Source: Octopus vulgaris (Eukaryota). From it: a stretch of DNA of 64,000 bases. The stretch covers positions 28,272,001 to 28,336,000 of the forward strand of contig OX597839.1 of the NCBI GenBank assembly GCA_951406725.2. The letters are read 5' to 3'. A program made the position numbers and the translations under genes. This document shows positions 26,404 through 40,140 of the stretch, piece by piece (position 1 is the stretch's first letter; each line of letters starts with the position of its first letter). The notes beneath the pieces were generated by a model. That model did not search any database. It saw only the letters and a program-made list of their open reading frames with translations, and was not told the DNA's origin.

Positions 26404-26602
26404 TTTATTTAAAGCAGCAGAAAATTCAACAAAATCTGTTAATCTGAGTTTCTCGTTGCCGTTCATCAGATGAACGGCAACGAGAAACTCAGATTAACAG
26501 GTTTTGTTGAATTTCTGCTGCTTTTAAATAAAGTATATTACTCTACCTCTGGTATTTGAGTACTCTTTTTTCCACCTTGTTTCACATCTATGTGTTTACT
26601 CC

Positions 26603-26604
<2 letters not shown>
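26402..26604. mobile_element. Near-perfect palindromic Penelope-like remnant with a hammerhead-like core
   Basis: Arms at 26402-26467 and 26469-26534 with a 1-nt spacer. The right arm has a tail to 26604. The minus strand reads CUGAUGA-ACGgcaaCGA-GAAAC-UCAGA-UUA. (TA)n lies on both sides. Confidence 0.8.
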
Positions 26605-26643
<39 letters not shown>

Positions 26644-26743
26644 AGAACAATCTATGTATCACACACATACAGGCCGTGAGTACGGGCGTGTGTATGTATG
26701 TATATATACATTTATTTATATACTCAGCCAGGCGTATATATAT

Positions 26744-27103
26744 CTCTTTACTCTTTTACTTGTTTCAGTCATTTGACTGCGGCCATGCTGGAGCACCGCC
26801 TTTAGTCGAGCACTTATTCTTTGTAAGCCCAGAACTTATCCTATCGGTCTCTTTTGCCGAACCGCTAAGTGACGTGGATGTAAACACACCAGCATCGGTT
26901 GTCAAGCAATGCTAAGGGGACAAACACACACACATACACATATACGACAGGCTTCTTTCAGTTTCCGTCTACCAAATCCAAGGCATTGGTCGGCCCGGGG
27001 CTTATAGCAGAAGACACCAGCCCAAGATGCCACGCAGTGGGACTGAACCCGGAACCATGTGGTTGGTTAGCAAGCTACTTACCACACAGCCACTCCTGCG
27101 CCT
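26744..27103 (-). mobile_element. Family B SINE
   Basis: Matches the family B consensus. Confidence 0.95.
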
Positions 27104-27108
27104 ATGTG

Positions 27109-27142
<34 letters not shown>

Positions 27143-27270
27143 CTTTATTTTAAGCAGCAGAAAATTCAACAGAATTTTCTGCTGCTTAAAATAAAGCATA
27201 TTACTCTACCACTGGTATTTGAGTACTCATTTTTCCACCTTGTTTCACATTTATGTGTTTACTCCGGTCT
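27143..27270. mobile_element. Shorter copy of the 26402 palindromic element
   Basis: 25-bp perfect arms around AACA (27143-27196) and the same tail, within (TA)n. Confidence 0.85.
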
Positions 27271-27288
27271 ATATATATATATATATAT

Positions 27289-27486
27289 ACTCTTTTACTT
27301 GTTTCAGTCATTTGACTGCGGCCATGCTGGAGCACCGCCTTTAGTCGAACAAATCGACCCCATAGCTTATTCTTTGTAAGCCTAGTACTTATTCTATCGT
27401 CCACTTTTGCCGGGGGACATAAACACACCAGCATTGGTTGTCAAGCGATGTTGGTGGGGGTGGGACAAACAGACACAAACATATAT

Positions 27487-27527
<41 letters not shown>

Positions 27528-27674
27528 CGACGAGCTTCTTCCAGTTTCCGTCTACGAAATCCACTCACAAGGCTTTGGTCGGCCCGAGGCTATAGTAGAA
27601 GACACTTGCCCAAGGAACCACGCAGTCGGACTGTACCCGGGACCATGTAGTTGGTAAGCAAGCTACTTACCACA
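27289..27674 (-). mobile_element. Family B SINE
   Basis: Matches the family B consensus. Confidence 0.95.
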
Positions 27675-27964
27675 CATACATACATACATACATACATACA
27701 TACATACATACATACATACATACATACATACGCACGTACATACGTACACAAATGCATAATGCCTAACTGACAGTGTAGATCAGATAGGTTTTCAAGAAAA
27801 CGAACTCAGTCAACTCACACATTACAAATGCAATTTGTAAGTGGAACAGTAAAAATGTGAAAAATGTTCTCAAGTTTAAAACGTGACATTGCCTTTGTTA
27901 TCTACATTGTATTTCTGTTAGAAAGCAGCTCCTTCCTCAGAGAAAGAATCGACATAATAAATAA

Positions 27965-28012
<48 letters not shown>

Positions 28013-28849
28013 GCACGCACGCACGCACGCATGCATGCATGCATGCATGCATGCATACATACATACACACACGCACGCACGCACGCACGCACGCATGCAT
28101 GCATGCATGCATGCATGCATACATACATACATACATACATACATACATACATACATACATACATACATACATACATGCATGCATGCATGCATGCATGCAT
28201 GCATGGATACATGCATACATACATACATACATATATACAAGCTAATGTGGGTGTCTGTATTTGTATATATGTATGCATATAGATGACACGCAAATCGAAG
28301 CCTCACCCTCTGATATACACTCACCTACGCACGTACACACACACACCTTACGCGCGTGCACGTGCGTCTGTAGGTGTGGGTGCATACTCAAAGTGAAAAA
28401 GAGAGTCCGACGGACGTCCAAGCGGACAGTCATTAGCTTTCCCGGTATATTATCGTGTTGATTGTGATGATGATGATGGTGGTCGTGGTGGTGGTGGTCG
28501 TTATGGTGATGATAATGATGATATTGGTGATGAAGATATTATGACGGTGATGGTGGTGAAGACCAATGGTGTGTCGATCGTTGTAACAACAGACACCACC
28601 CTCACCACCACCACCACCACCACCAAGATCAATATCTACCTCCATCTTTTTTGCAATTGACCCTCTCCACCCGTCCATCCACCCTTGTATCAAACAGAAA
28701 TAGAACAAAACATTGGGGATTTAATCTCCAGACATGTGTGTGTGTGTGTGTGTGTGTGCGTGCGTACACACGTATATGCATATATATGTATGCATATATG
28801 TTGTATTAAGGTTACCCTGAATTAATGTGTATATATACATGTTTGTATA

Positions 28850-28885
<36 letters not shown>

Positions 28886-29057
28886 CACAAACACACACAT
28901 ATATATATATACACACACATATGCAAACATATATATATATACACACATATATATATACGCACACACATATACACACACACACAGACACATATATATATAT
29001 GCGCGCGTGTGTGTTTGTGTATATAGAAGTGTGTTCGTGTGTGTATGTTAGAGTATG

Positions 29058-29123
<66 letters not shown>

Positions 29124-29591
29124 CATATATATACAAACAAGTGTATGTATTACGTTCCGAGTTCAAATCCTTCCGTGGACATCTTTGCCTTTTGTCCTTC
29201 CAGAGTCGATAAAAAAAATTGAAATGCCACTCACGTAGTAAGATCGATGGTATCGACTCTCCGCCGCCGCCGCCACCCCACACCCCACCCCATCACACCC
29301 CCACCCAGCCACCCAGCACCTCCGTCCCCACCCAACCCCGAAATCGCTGGTCTTGCGCCTGAACAAGAATCAATCAATTGTATTATTGTTGCTGCTGTTA
29401 CAACAACAACAACAACATCACCAACACCACCACCACCACCACCACCACCACTGGCGGTTACAGCAAGAACAATCACAACATTAGCAGCAGTTACATCATC
29501 ATTATCATCGTCATCAGCTGCTAATATCGATTTTTCTTTGGTTGCATCTTCTTCAGACTTACACATATACGCGTCAGAGAGAGAGAGAGAG

Positions 29592-29711
<120 letters not shown>

Positions 29712-29905
29712 TGTGTTTGTGTGTGTGTCCGTGTACGTACAGACACAAACATTCGCACATACAATTCAGGGTAACCGTAACATATATGACATATACACAC
29801 ACTAACATATATACATACGCATGTATATATATGCATACACACAAACATATATATCCATATATACAAACATAATCTATACATACATATAATTACAGAGTAA
29901 TCTTA

Positions 29906-29943
<38 letters not shown>

Positions 29944-29945
29944 CA

Positions 29946-30330
29946 GTGGCTTTGTGGTAAGAAGCTTGCTTCCCAACCACATGGTTCCAGGTTCAGTCCC
30001 ACTAGATGGCATCTTGGGCAAGTGTCTTCTACCAAAGCCTTGTAATTGAATTTGGTAGACGGAAACTGAAAGAAGCCCTTCGTATATATTTTTATGTACC
30101 TATGTATGTATGTGTGTGTGTGTGTATTTTGTCCACGCCACGCCCGCCGTCGCTTGACAACCGATCTTGGTGTGTTTACGTCCTCGTAACTTAGCGGTTC
30201 GGCATAAGCGACCGACGGAATAACTACTAGGTTTACAAAAGAATAAATCCTGGGGGGTGGGGTGACTTGTCCGACGTAAAGCGGTGCTCCAGCTTGGGCG
30301 CAGTCAAAATGCCGGAAACCGGTAAAAGAA
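29946..30330 (+). mobile_element. Family B SINE (diverged)
   Basis: Head, body and tail are recognisable. An opposite-strand diverged copy is at 30547-30890. Confidence 0.9.
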
Positions 30331-30357
30331 AAGCATGCATATATATATATATATATC

Positions 30358-30400
<43 letters not shown>

Positions 30401-31057
30401 GTATAAACATACATATAATTAAAGGCTAACCGCATAGTCTGGACACACAGACGAAATTACATAAATTCCGTAATTCTATTCCGTTCCCATTCACGAATGA
30501 CATTTTCAACATGGCTTCCAACATTTGCCCGTCTGTTTATCAGACAGTTGCTTCGGTCGTTAGACTGCGGCCACGCTGGGGCATCGCATTGAACAAATTC
30601 TTAGTCGAATCAATCAATCCCACGACTTGGTTAAACTTTTAAGTCTGGTAATCTCATTCTGTCGATCACTTTTGTCGAACCGCTACGTGACGAGGACGTA
30701 AACACATGAACACCGGTCGTCGAACGGTGGTGGGGGACAGACAGACACTCACACATATACACACACATACACACGCAATCACGATAGCTTCATTCAGCTT
30801 CGGTCAGCAAAATCTACTTTAAATGCTACCAACGGAAGACAACCGAAGTGCCACGCTGCGGGACTGAACCCGGGACCATGTGGTTGAGAAGTAAATGCAC
30901 AAACCTACAACTATACATGTGTGTATAGCTACATATATTGCAAGCACGCACACAGACACGCACACACAATCACACACGCACACATATATAGCACACATGC
31001 ATATATACACATACACACACATATATATAGCACACATGCATATATACACATACACAT

Positions 31058-31327
31058 CACCGTGACCACTGTGATCGACCAGGCTATCAGATGTTGCTAC
31101 ACATCGCTGGTCACAATGCGCTTCGCATTGTTTTAGCCTTCAAATGATGCCACTCCGCTGGCTAAGCGAGCAGGCCAACAGAAGAAAGAGTGAGAGAAAG
31201 TTGTGATGAAAGAGTACAGCAGGGATCGCCACCACCGCTTTTAGGTGTTTTCACTCAATAAACACTCACAACGCCCGGTCTGGGAATCGAAACCGCGATC
31301 CTACAACCACGAGTCCGCTACCCTAAC
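31058..31327 (-). mobile_element. Family-A-headed SINE with a third type of 3' tail
   Basis: 31180-31327 matches family A. 31058-31180 is unrelated to the tails at 173 and 2517. Confidence 0.8.
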
Positions 31328-31710
31328 ACATACACATGTATTTATATATAGCACACATGCGTGCACACACCCACCAACACACACACATATGGCACACACG
31401 CACACTTATATACACACAGTCCCGTCAACCATTTCCTTGTAAAAATATGACAGTAATATAAGTATCGGGCTATCCTCCGATTCACGTTTAATTGTTGTCA
31501 TAACACCAGACACACATTATATATACATATACGTACACGTACACACCTATATACACATGCACACACACACACACACACTTATAGATATAAATGAAGGTGT
31601 GTGTGTGCGTGAGTGCTCGCTGTTATCAACTTCCTATTCTATCCATATGTTTAACAAACCACATCGTTTAAGATTCGCCCAGAGGCTAAAATAACATTAA
31701 ACACACGCAG

Positions 31711-31762
<52 letters not shown>

Positions 31763-31859
31763 TGTGTGTGTGTGTATGTGTGTGTATACACATATATACA
31801 TACTATAAGCTTTTATGAGTTATTACGTTAAAATGTTCTTCAATGCACGCCTGTTAGAC

Positions 31860-31893
<34 letters not shown>

Positions 31894-31894
31894 A

Positions 31895-32126
31895 ATGTAA
31901 AAAAATACAAACTGGGACAAGAACGTAAAACATTTAGGAGACGATACTAAAAACACGGACGGGACATTCGAAGCCTTCAATCTTCAGTCAAGAACCGGAT
32001 CATCCTCGCAATTTCGGCTGATTAATCTTGAGATTGCTCCGATCTGGCCAGCCCCAAAGGAAAATCTAAGCCAAGCGCATTAGATTCCTTGGAAGAAAGC
32101 CTCGAATGTATACAAAACAAGGACGA
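31895..32126 (-). mobile_element. (TA)n-flanked repeat, possibly a Penelope-like end with a decayed hammerhead
   Basis: A shorter copy is at 16076-16187. The minus strand has GGCUG...CAGCC-GAAA followed by CUGAAGA. Confidence 0.45.
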
Positions 32127-32166
<40 letters not shown>

Positions 32167-32233
32167 GAGAGAGAGCAGTGCACGCACACACATACACACG
32201 TATGTATGTATGTATGTATGTATGTATGTATGT

Positions 32234-33404
32234 AGGCGCAGGCATAGCAGTGTGGTAAGAACCTCGGACCGACTAAAGCCTTGTCAGTGGATTTGATAGA
32301 CGGAAACTGAAAGAAGCCCATCATAAATGTGTGTGTGTGTGTGTGTGTGTGCGATCACCGCTTGATAACCGGTGTTGGTGTGTTTGCGTCCCCGTAACTT
32401 AGCGGTTCGGCAAAAGACACTGATAGAATAAGTATTAAGCTTTAAAACAAAACAAGTTCTGGAGTCGATTTGTTCGACAAAAACCCCTCAGGGCGGTGCT
32501 CCAGCATGGCCGCAGCCAAACGACTGAAACAAAACAATAAAAGAATATAAAGAATGCATATTTTTTTTTTTTTACGTTCAGTAATAATAAAAACAATTTT
32601 ACATTAATCTGGTTGGTCACTATACTTTTGACTTCGAAGTCACTGTCAACAACATTCTTGTTTAAGAATGTGTGTGTGTAGGCGTGGTTGTGTGTAGGCG
32701 TGGTTGTGTTGTAAGAAGCTTGCTTACCAGCCACACGGTTTTGGGTTCAGTCCCACTGTATGGCACCTTGAGCAAGTGTCCTCTACTATAGCCTCGAGCC
32801 AACCAAAGCCTTGTGAGTGGATTTGGTAGGTGGAAACTGAGAGAATCTCGTCGTATAAATATATATATATATATATATATGAATGTATGTATGTGTGTGT
32901 ATATGTTTGTGTATCTGTGTTTCCCCCCCCAAAAAAAACATCGCTTGACAACCGACGCTGGTGTGTTTACGTCCCCGTCACTTAGCGGTTCGGCAAAAAT
33001 AGTAATATATATATATTCTCTTTTACTCTTTTACTTGTTTCAGTCATTTTGACTGCGGCCATGCTGGAGCACCGCCTTTAGTCGAGCAACTCGACCCCGG
33101 GACTTATTCTTTTTGTAGCCCAGTACTTATTCTATCGATCTCTTTTTGCCGAACCGCTAAGTGACGGGGACGTAAACACACCAGCATCGGTTGTCAAGCG
33201 ATGCTAGGGGACAAACACACTCACACAAACACACACACATACATATATATATATACATATATACGACAGGCTTCTTTCAAATCCACTCACAAGGCATTGG
33301 TCGGCCCGGGGCTATAGCAGAAGACACTTGCCCAAGATGCCACGCAGTGGGACTGAACCCGGAACCATGTGGTTGGTTAGCAAGCTACTTACCACACAGC
33401 CACA
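32234..33404. mobile_element. Cluster of three family B SINEs: 32234-32543 (+), 32696-32998 (+), 33017-33404 (-)
   Basis: Each matches the family B consensus. Confidence 0.95.
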
Positions 33405-34390
33405 CGCACGCTCACATAGGGAGAATGCGTGTATGTATTACGTACACACACACACACATTCATGCAGCTACGCACACACACACACTCCCACAAACAATAG
33501 AAGCGAGTTTGCTTGTCCAAGTGTTGCGATCACCACCACCACCACCATCATCATCACCATCATCATCATCATTGCAATATTTAACACTCGACGACAATTA
33601 CGTTCTCCAACAACAACAACAGAAACAGGGGCGGCAGCGGCAGCAGGCGCGGGCGCAACAAATAACAACAACCACCACCACCACCACTACTACAACCACA
33701 ACAACTGCAGTCGTCCAAGCACCTTACACTCGCGACCCAAACCAAAAACCACCCTTCCTTCCTAACGCCACCACCACTAACACCACCACCACCACCACCA
33801 CCACCACCACTAACATTACCACCAGCACCACCACTACAACCACCACTACCACCACCACTACTACTACTACTGGGAGTAGCAGCAGCAGCAGTAGTTGTTG
33901 TTACAGCAACAACAGCAGTTTTCACGAGCGACAACAAAGCTATCGCAACACATCGCTCGTCGGTCGGTGACTGCGAACGGAGTGTTTTTACGACCAAGCA
34001 CCTGGCTGAACGCCCTCCAGGCTTACGAACACTATATACTGACACACAAATACAGGTATATATCTATACACACATATATAGACACACATATGTAAGTACA
34101 AGCGTTACGTGCGCACTAAGTGAACTGGACACGCCATTTGGATTCGGACCCGTTAAGGAGTGACTTACGCACCCTTCAATCCCTATGAACGGCATGTACG
34201 TACAGGTAGGTGTGTGTTTTTTTCAACGTGTGTGCCTGCGTGTGTACGTACACATACATTGGAGTTGTTACCTGTTTATTAGATGTGGTTACGTAGAAAT
34301 GTATTCTAATGAATCTACCTCGGTTTCTGTAAAACACGCATATAATACGATGTAGGATCCAAAGCGATATATTACACTAATAGAGGAGGA

Positions 34391-34403
34391 CACCAGGTGG
34401 CGC
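34391..34403 (+). promoter_or_regulatory. CTCF-like motif CACCAGGTGGCGC
   Basis: 13-bp match to the CTCF core consensus (CCASYAGRKGGCRS) in unique DNA. Confidence 0.45.
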
Positions 34404-34476
34404 AAACTGTGCCAGTGCTTTATTCGACACACCACGCTAATTAAGGCATAGTCATTAATCCTAAACATTACATACA

Positions 34477-34479
<3 letters not shown>

Positions 34480-34528
<49 letters not shown>

Positions 34529-34637
34529 ATATGTATGTATATATGTATGTATATATGTATGTATATATGTATGTATATATGTATGTATGTATATATGTAT
34601 GTATATATATATGTATGTATATATATATGTATGTATG

Positions 34638-34669
<32 letters not shown>

Positions 34670-34815
34670 TGTATGTATATATATATGTATGTATATATAT
34701 ATGTATATATATATATGTATATATATATGTATGTATATATATATATATGTATATATATATATGTATGTATATATATATATGTATGTATATATATATAAAT
34801 ATATATATATATATA

Positions 34816-34865
<50 letters not shown>

Positions 34866-35065
34866 GTGTGTATGCTTATATATTTATATATATATGTATA
34901 TATATGTGTGTATGTATGTATATATATATGTGTATATATATGGGTATATATATATGTGTATATATATATGTATATATATGTATATATATATATGTGTGTG
35001 TGTATATATATATGTGTGTGTATATATATATGTATATATACATACATATATATATGCATATATAC
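34480..35065. repeat. (TA)/(TATG) compound microsatellite
   Basis: Directly visible. Confidence 0.98.
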
Positions 35066-35236
35066 ATAAAAAAAACGTGAACGAAATGAGAAACGGGAAC
35101 ATAAAAAAAAAAAAAAACACAGACAACGAACTTTTTTTCGAACAACGAAAGAAACAAAAAGAGAAACGAGTCAGGCAACATAAGGAACAATCCCTTCATC
35201 AGCTGTCCCCTTTTTTATCTACTCCCCGTTTCGATA
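35065..35236 (-). mobile_element. Penelope-like 3' end remnant with partial hammerhead motifs
   Basis: Minus strand reads CGAAACGGGGAGTAG...GGGGACAG-CTGATGA-AGGGATTGTTCC. Homologous to 14490-14680. Confidence 0.55.
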
Positions 35237-35533
35237 TATAGATCGTCAGTTAATCATAAATCCGAAAGAGAAGCACACTCGAAGATATAGACCAGAGTGT
35301 TTAGAGAAAGGTAGTTAGGCCCAGGATTTCGCGTCCACATAGCGCTTGGCTTTCTCAGCGTCTACTCAGACCCTAATGGTCCGGTGGCCTATAAGCTCTC
35401 TGACGAGACACTGAAAACCCTGGGCGACCCCTCCGACCGGTCATAACTTTCCTTATATATATTATGTTTGTTTTCGTGTAGTCGTAATGAAATAAACTTA
35501 ATATTTATCTGATGGGTTACTCCATAATTAAGG

Positions 35534-35574
35534 AGTCCGACAATGGCTTAACTGGCCGAAACTTCGAAGTCACT
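35534..35574 (+). ncRNA. Degenerate type I hammerhead motif
   Basis: AGU-CCGACAA-U-GGCU/uaacu/GGCC-GAAAC-UUCGAA-GUC-ACU. All three stems pair, but the core has two substitutions relative to CUGANGA. Confidence 0.55.
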
Positions 35575-35611
35575 ATCAATAATATTGATATTAAAAATAA
35601 TATAGATAGGT

Positions 35612-35664
<53 letters not shown>

Positions 35665-35975
35665 CATACATACATACATATATATATATATATACATACT
35701 TTGAGGAGAGTCATATACATATATATATATATATATATATACATACATACTTTGAGGAGAGTCATATTTTCTGTGTGTGGATATATATTCTTATATACGT
35801 TTTCAGTCCAATGGTTGTGGCCATGCTGGAGCACCGCCATTAAAATATTGGTTTCAAATTTTGGCACAAGGTGCCACGCAGTGGGACTGAACCCGGAACT
35901 ATGTGGTGGGGAAAACAAGCTACTCACCCCATAGTCACTGTTGATATATGTATATATATATATATATATAAATAT

Positions 35976-36015
<40 letters not shown>

Positions 36016-36432
36016 CTACGTGAATAAACACGCACACACATTTGTGGAGATAGATAAACACACACATACTGATTTATTTAAGACGTCGCAAATTCTTAAG
36101 ACAGGGGGTATGGGATTCTGAGATGTTCATGCTTTTCTCACACACAAGCAGTGGGAAAAAAAAGGGTTAAACGAAGTCTGTAGAGTACTTGTTACCTTTA
36201 GCGCCCACATTTTTGCTTTTTTATTATTTTGACAGCTTTGTTAACACGTGTTTGTTTATATTGCAACACTTCCTCGCTCTATCATGACACATTCAACAAC
36301 AACAAAAATACTTCAAGCCAATTATGGAAAGAACCTGTAGTCGGTCTTTCAGATTGCTAGAAATAGCAGCTGAATCCCCTTCAATTCATACCCTACCCTA
36401 AGAGGGTGGGTAAAAGAAAATACAAGAGGATC

Positions 36433-36594
36433 AGTTAATTATGATTCTATGCAACACATTTCCCTCTCAGATTCACACACTTCTTGCAGCGATCCTTCAG
36501 TTTTTCTAAGCCCCGTTAAAAAACTTGCAAGATTGGATCTCCAGCCAGGCCTTTCGTGGCATCTTTAAAGGCAGAAACTTTTCATCACCCGTTT
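36433..36594 (-). mobile_element. Mariner-derived MITE fragment
   Basis: Homologous to 781-953. Confidence 0.7.
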
Positions 36595-37081
36595 GTGTGT
36601 GTGTGTTCTTCACTGTATCCTCTTTACCAAATCCCACCACTTCGATGTCGGCGGCTCAACCCGAGGCTTTTGTAGAAGCCGCCTGCGGAAGGTACCTAAG
36701 CAACATAGAACTTGAAACCCCTGTGAAAACGAAGCTGACTCGTTCACCGCACGACTATACCTAACACCTGTTAATCAATAATCTAGAGGTTTTATAGATC
36801 GGGTAGCTGTGATCATTCAGGTGTGGCTGTGGTGACGGTGGTGGGGGTGTATTCGTTTGTTGATGCAGTAGTTCGCCGTTGACTGGTTTTCACAATACTC
36901 ACAGTTAAAATTATAAAACGGTATATATATATATATATATACTAGGTATCACACACACACACACACATAAATATATATACATACACACAAATATAGACAC
37001 GTATATATACATGTAAAAATACATGTACATACAAACACATATACAGACGCAGATATGTAATATACATACACAAAGATATGT

Positions 37082-37119
<38 letters not shown>

Positions 37120-37140
37120 ATGTGTGTGTGTGTGAATGAT

Positions 37141-37510
37141 AGGCGTGGCTACGTAGCAAGAAGCTTGCTTCCTAACCACATGATTTCGGGTTCAGTTCTA
37201 CTGCGTGGCACCATGGGCAAGTGTCTTCTACTATAGCCTCGGGCCAACTAACACCTTGAAAAAAGCCCGTCGAATATATATATATGTATGTATATATCTG
37301 TGTTCGTGTCTGTGTTTGTCCCCCATCGCCGCTTGACAACTGGTATTGGTGTGTTTACGTCCCCGGAAACTAGCGATTCGACTAAAGAATACCGATAGAA
37401 TTAGTGCTAGACTTAAAAAAATAAAGTCCTGCGGTCGATGTGTTCGACTAAAACCGTTCAAGGCGGTGCTCCAGCATGGCCGCAGTCAAATGACTGAAAC
37501 AGATAAAAGG
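37141..37510 (+). mobile_element. Family B SINE
   Basis: Matches the consensus with an internal deletion. Confidence 0.9.
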
Positions 37511-37698
37511 AAAATAATATATGAGTGTGTGTATACGTGTACAAATATGTGTCAGTCTGTATATTTATGTGCGTGTGTGTATGCGTTTGTATGTTGATGT
37601 TTGTAGATATACATCCTTTTATGTACGTACATACTCGAAACATATACAAACGTATGTATATTTGCAAACACGGATACACACACTGGCTCACAAATATT

Positions 37699-37753
<55 letters not shown>

Positions 37754-38126
37754 GCACATATATAGATATACACACACATAAATACGCACTCATCATGGAT
37801 ATATTTATACATACTTTCAACATCCTCTTGTTTATGTTTAAAAAGCCTTTCTTGTTTTGTTTTGAAGTTCTTAGATATCGAAAACGAATAACCATTCTTA
37901 TGAGCTGTTGTAGTAAAAGCGTAGGTCAGCCCTGATTGAGCAAGGCCACAAAGCCAACGATTCGGACGTGACTTTATCGGGTGCTGTTGTATCTGGGACC
38001 GCACTGCACTGCCCAATGCACCCTTCTTTTATTTAAGAGAGCGAGAATGGGGTGGGGATGGACTGAAGGAAATTGACCTGCTGTATCATATTTCAGTATC
38101 GAAATCGTTGTGATTCTAGGTAATAG

Positions 38127-39107
38127 GAAGGAGCACTCCGTCGGTTACGACGACGAGGGTCCCAGCTGATACGATCAACGGAACAGCTTGCTCGTGGAAT
38201 TAACGTGCAAGTGACAGAGCACTCCACAGACACGAATACCCTTAACGTAGTTCTCAGGGAGATTCAGCGTGACACAGAGTGTGACAAGGCCGGCCCTTTG
38301 AAATACAGGTACAACTCATTTTTGCCAGCTGAGTGGACTGGAGCAACGTGAAATAAAGTGTCTTGCTCAAGGACACAACGCATCTAGACAACAACACGGC
38401 TGACGAAATGAATTCACCAACGTCAGTATTTTGTCCTTCCCATGACTTTTCACTTGCAAACTTTGCATAATTCAAGCTGATCCCAAAGTGGCAAAGCTTT
38501 TTGTTTCTTTCTTTTTTTGTAAGTCAAAACTCCTCTTCAGCTTCGTGAATATCTCAATTGGTTGGCGTGTGTGCGCGATCGTGCTCGGATCAACATGTCT
38601 GTGTACTTGAATGTGTGTGTGTTCATGTATGCGTTTGTGTGTGTGAGTGCACGCGCGGGCAAACATGTGTGTGTCCGTGAACGTGTGTGTGTGTCGACAA
38701 TCGTGCTCTCGTGTAGTGGGTGTATATATTACTTCAGCTCACGACTGTGTGTGTGTGCTTTATTACTGTTTATGGCTGTGTATTGTGAAGGCGTGTGGCT
38801 TAGTGGATAGGCAATTCGGCTCACGATCGCAAGGTCGTGGGTTCGATTCCTGGCTTCACGTTGTGTCCTTGAGCAAGACAATTTATTTCTCGTTGTTCCA
38901 GTTCACTCACCTGGCAAAAATGAATTTTTACCTGTAATTCAAAGGGCTAGCCGTGTCACATTCTGTATCACGCCGAATCTCCTTGAGAACTACGTTAAAG
39001 GTACACATGTCTATGGAGTCCTCAGCCACTTACACGTTAATTTAACTAGCAGGCTGTTCCGTTGACCGGATCAACTGGAACGCTCACCGTCGTCACCGAC
39101 GGAATGC
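38127..39107. mobile_element. Two SINEs with the family-A tail and a CORE-like body: 38127-38382 (-), 38787-39107 (+)
   Basis: They share the 3' ~190 bp with family A but have GTCCTTGAGCAAGACA...TTGCTCCAGTCCACTCAGCTG upstream. Confidence 0.85.
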
Positions 39108-39416
39108 CAGTATTGCTATGCATTCTATGTGTTATGACGTACATGTGTTCAGCCCAGGAACCTCAAAGCGAGAATCCCTGGAATGTTATACAAATTTTCA
39201 CTGTATCCCCTATATCTCCACCAGGGCCGGATTAAGACTCACAGAGGCCCTACGCGCTTAAAAGACTTTCCGGACCCCTTATTAATGTAATTCAAAATGT
39301 AAACAATAATAAACCATAAAATAAATCTTATTTTGCAAAATGAAACAAAACTAACGGTAAAGATGGAAAATCTTTAGTTTTGCTTGCTTCCTCTTTATTC
39401 ATATTTAAGAAATTGT

Positions 39417-39787
39417 GGAGGCGCAATGGCCCAGTGGTTAGAGAAGCGGACTCGCGGTTTCGATTCCCAGACCGGGCGTTGTGAGTGTTTATTGAGCGAA
39501 AACACCTAAAGCTCCACGAGGCTCCGGCAGGGGATGGTGGTGATCCCTGCTGTACTCTTTCACCACAACTTTCTCTCACTCTTACTTCCTGTTTCTGTTG
39601 TACTTGTATTTCAAAGGGCCAGCCTTGTCACTCTCTGTGTCACGCTGAATATCCCCGAGAACTACGTTAAGGGTACACGTGTCTGTGGAGTGCTCAGCCA
39701 CTTGCACGTTAATTTCACGAGCAGGCTGTTCCGTTGATCAGACCAACCGGAACCCTCGTCGTCGTAACCGACGGAGTGCTTCCATCC
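39417..39787 (+). mobile_element. Family A SINE with a 14-bp TSD
   Basis: TSD ATTTAAGAAATTGT at 39403-39416 and 39788-39801. Confidence 0.95.
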
Positions 39788-40140
39788 ATTTAAGAAATTG
39801 TCCCCTATTCTTCTTTTTAATGGCAAAGTCTTTGATCAGATGCTCCCCATGACACCATGAACACATCGAAATTACATTTCCGATCATTTAACCCACTTTG
39901 AATATTATTTTAGCAAGTTTAAAGTGATTTCTTTTGTACTGTAAACCATTTACCATTCCTGTGGTGCCCCTTCCTTCCCTTGATGCCCTAATAAGCACGA
40001 GCGTTGATCTCCACTATATCTGGAGTATGTGGATCAGTTTCACTTGAATGTATTGTATGCACGTATTGATCCATGTATGTATTCTTCTATTCCGTGTACT
40101 ACTTCTGTGGTGGACTTAACTTATTGTCCAGTTTAATACT

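Noticed and set aside
33191-33970. 259-aa ORF
   Set aside because: It is built from an antisense family B SINE plus trinucleotide repeats and has a non-ATG start.
35222-35255. Apparent minus-strand CUGACGA...GAAAC...GUA
   Set aside because: Stems I and II do not pair. This is probably a chance junction between two insertions.
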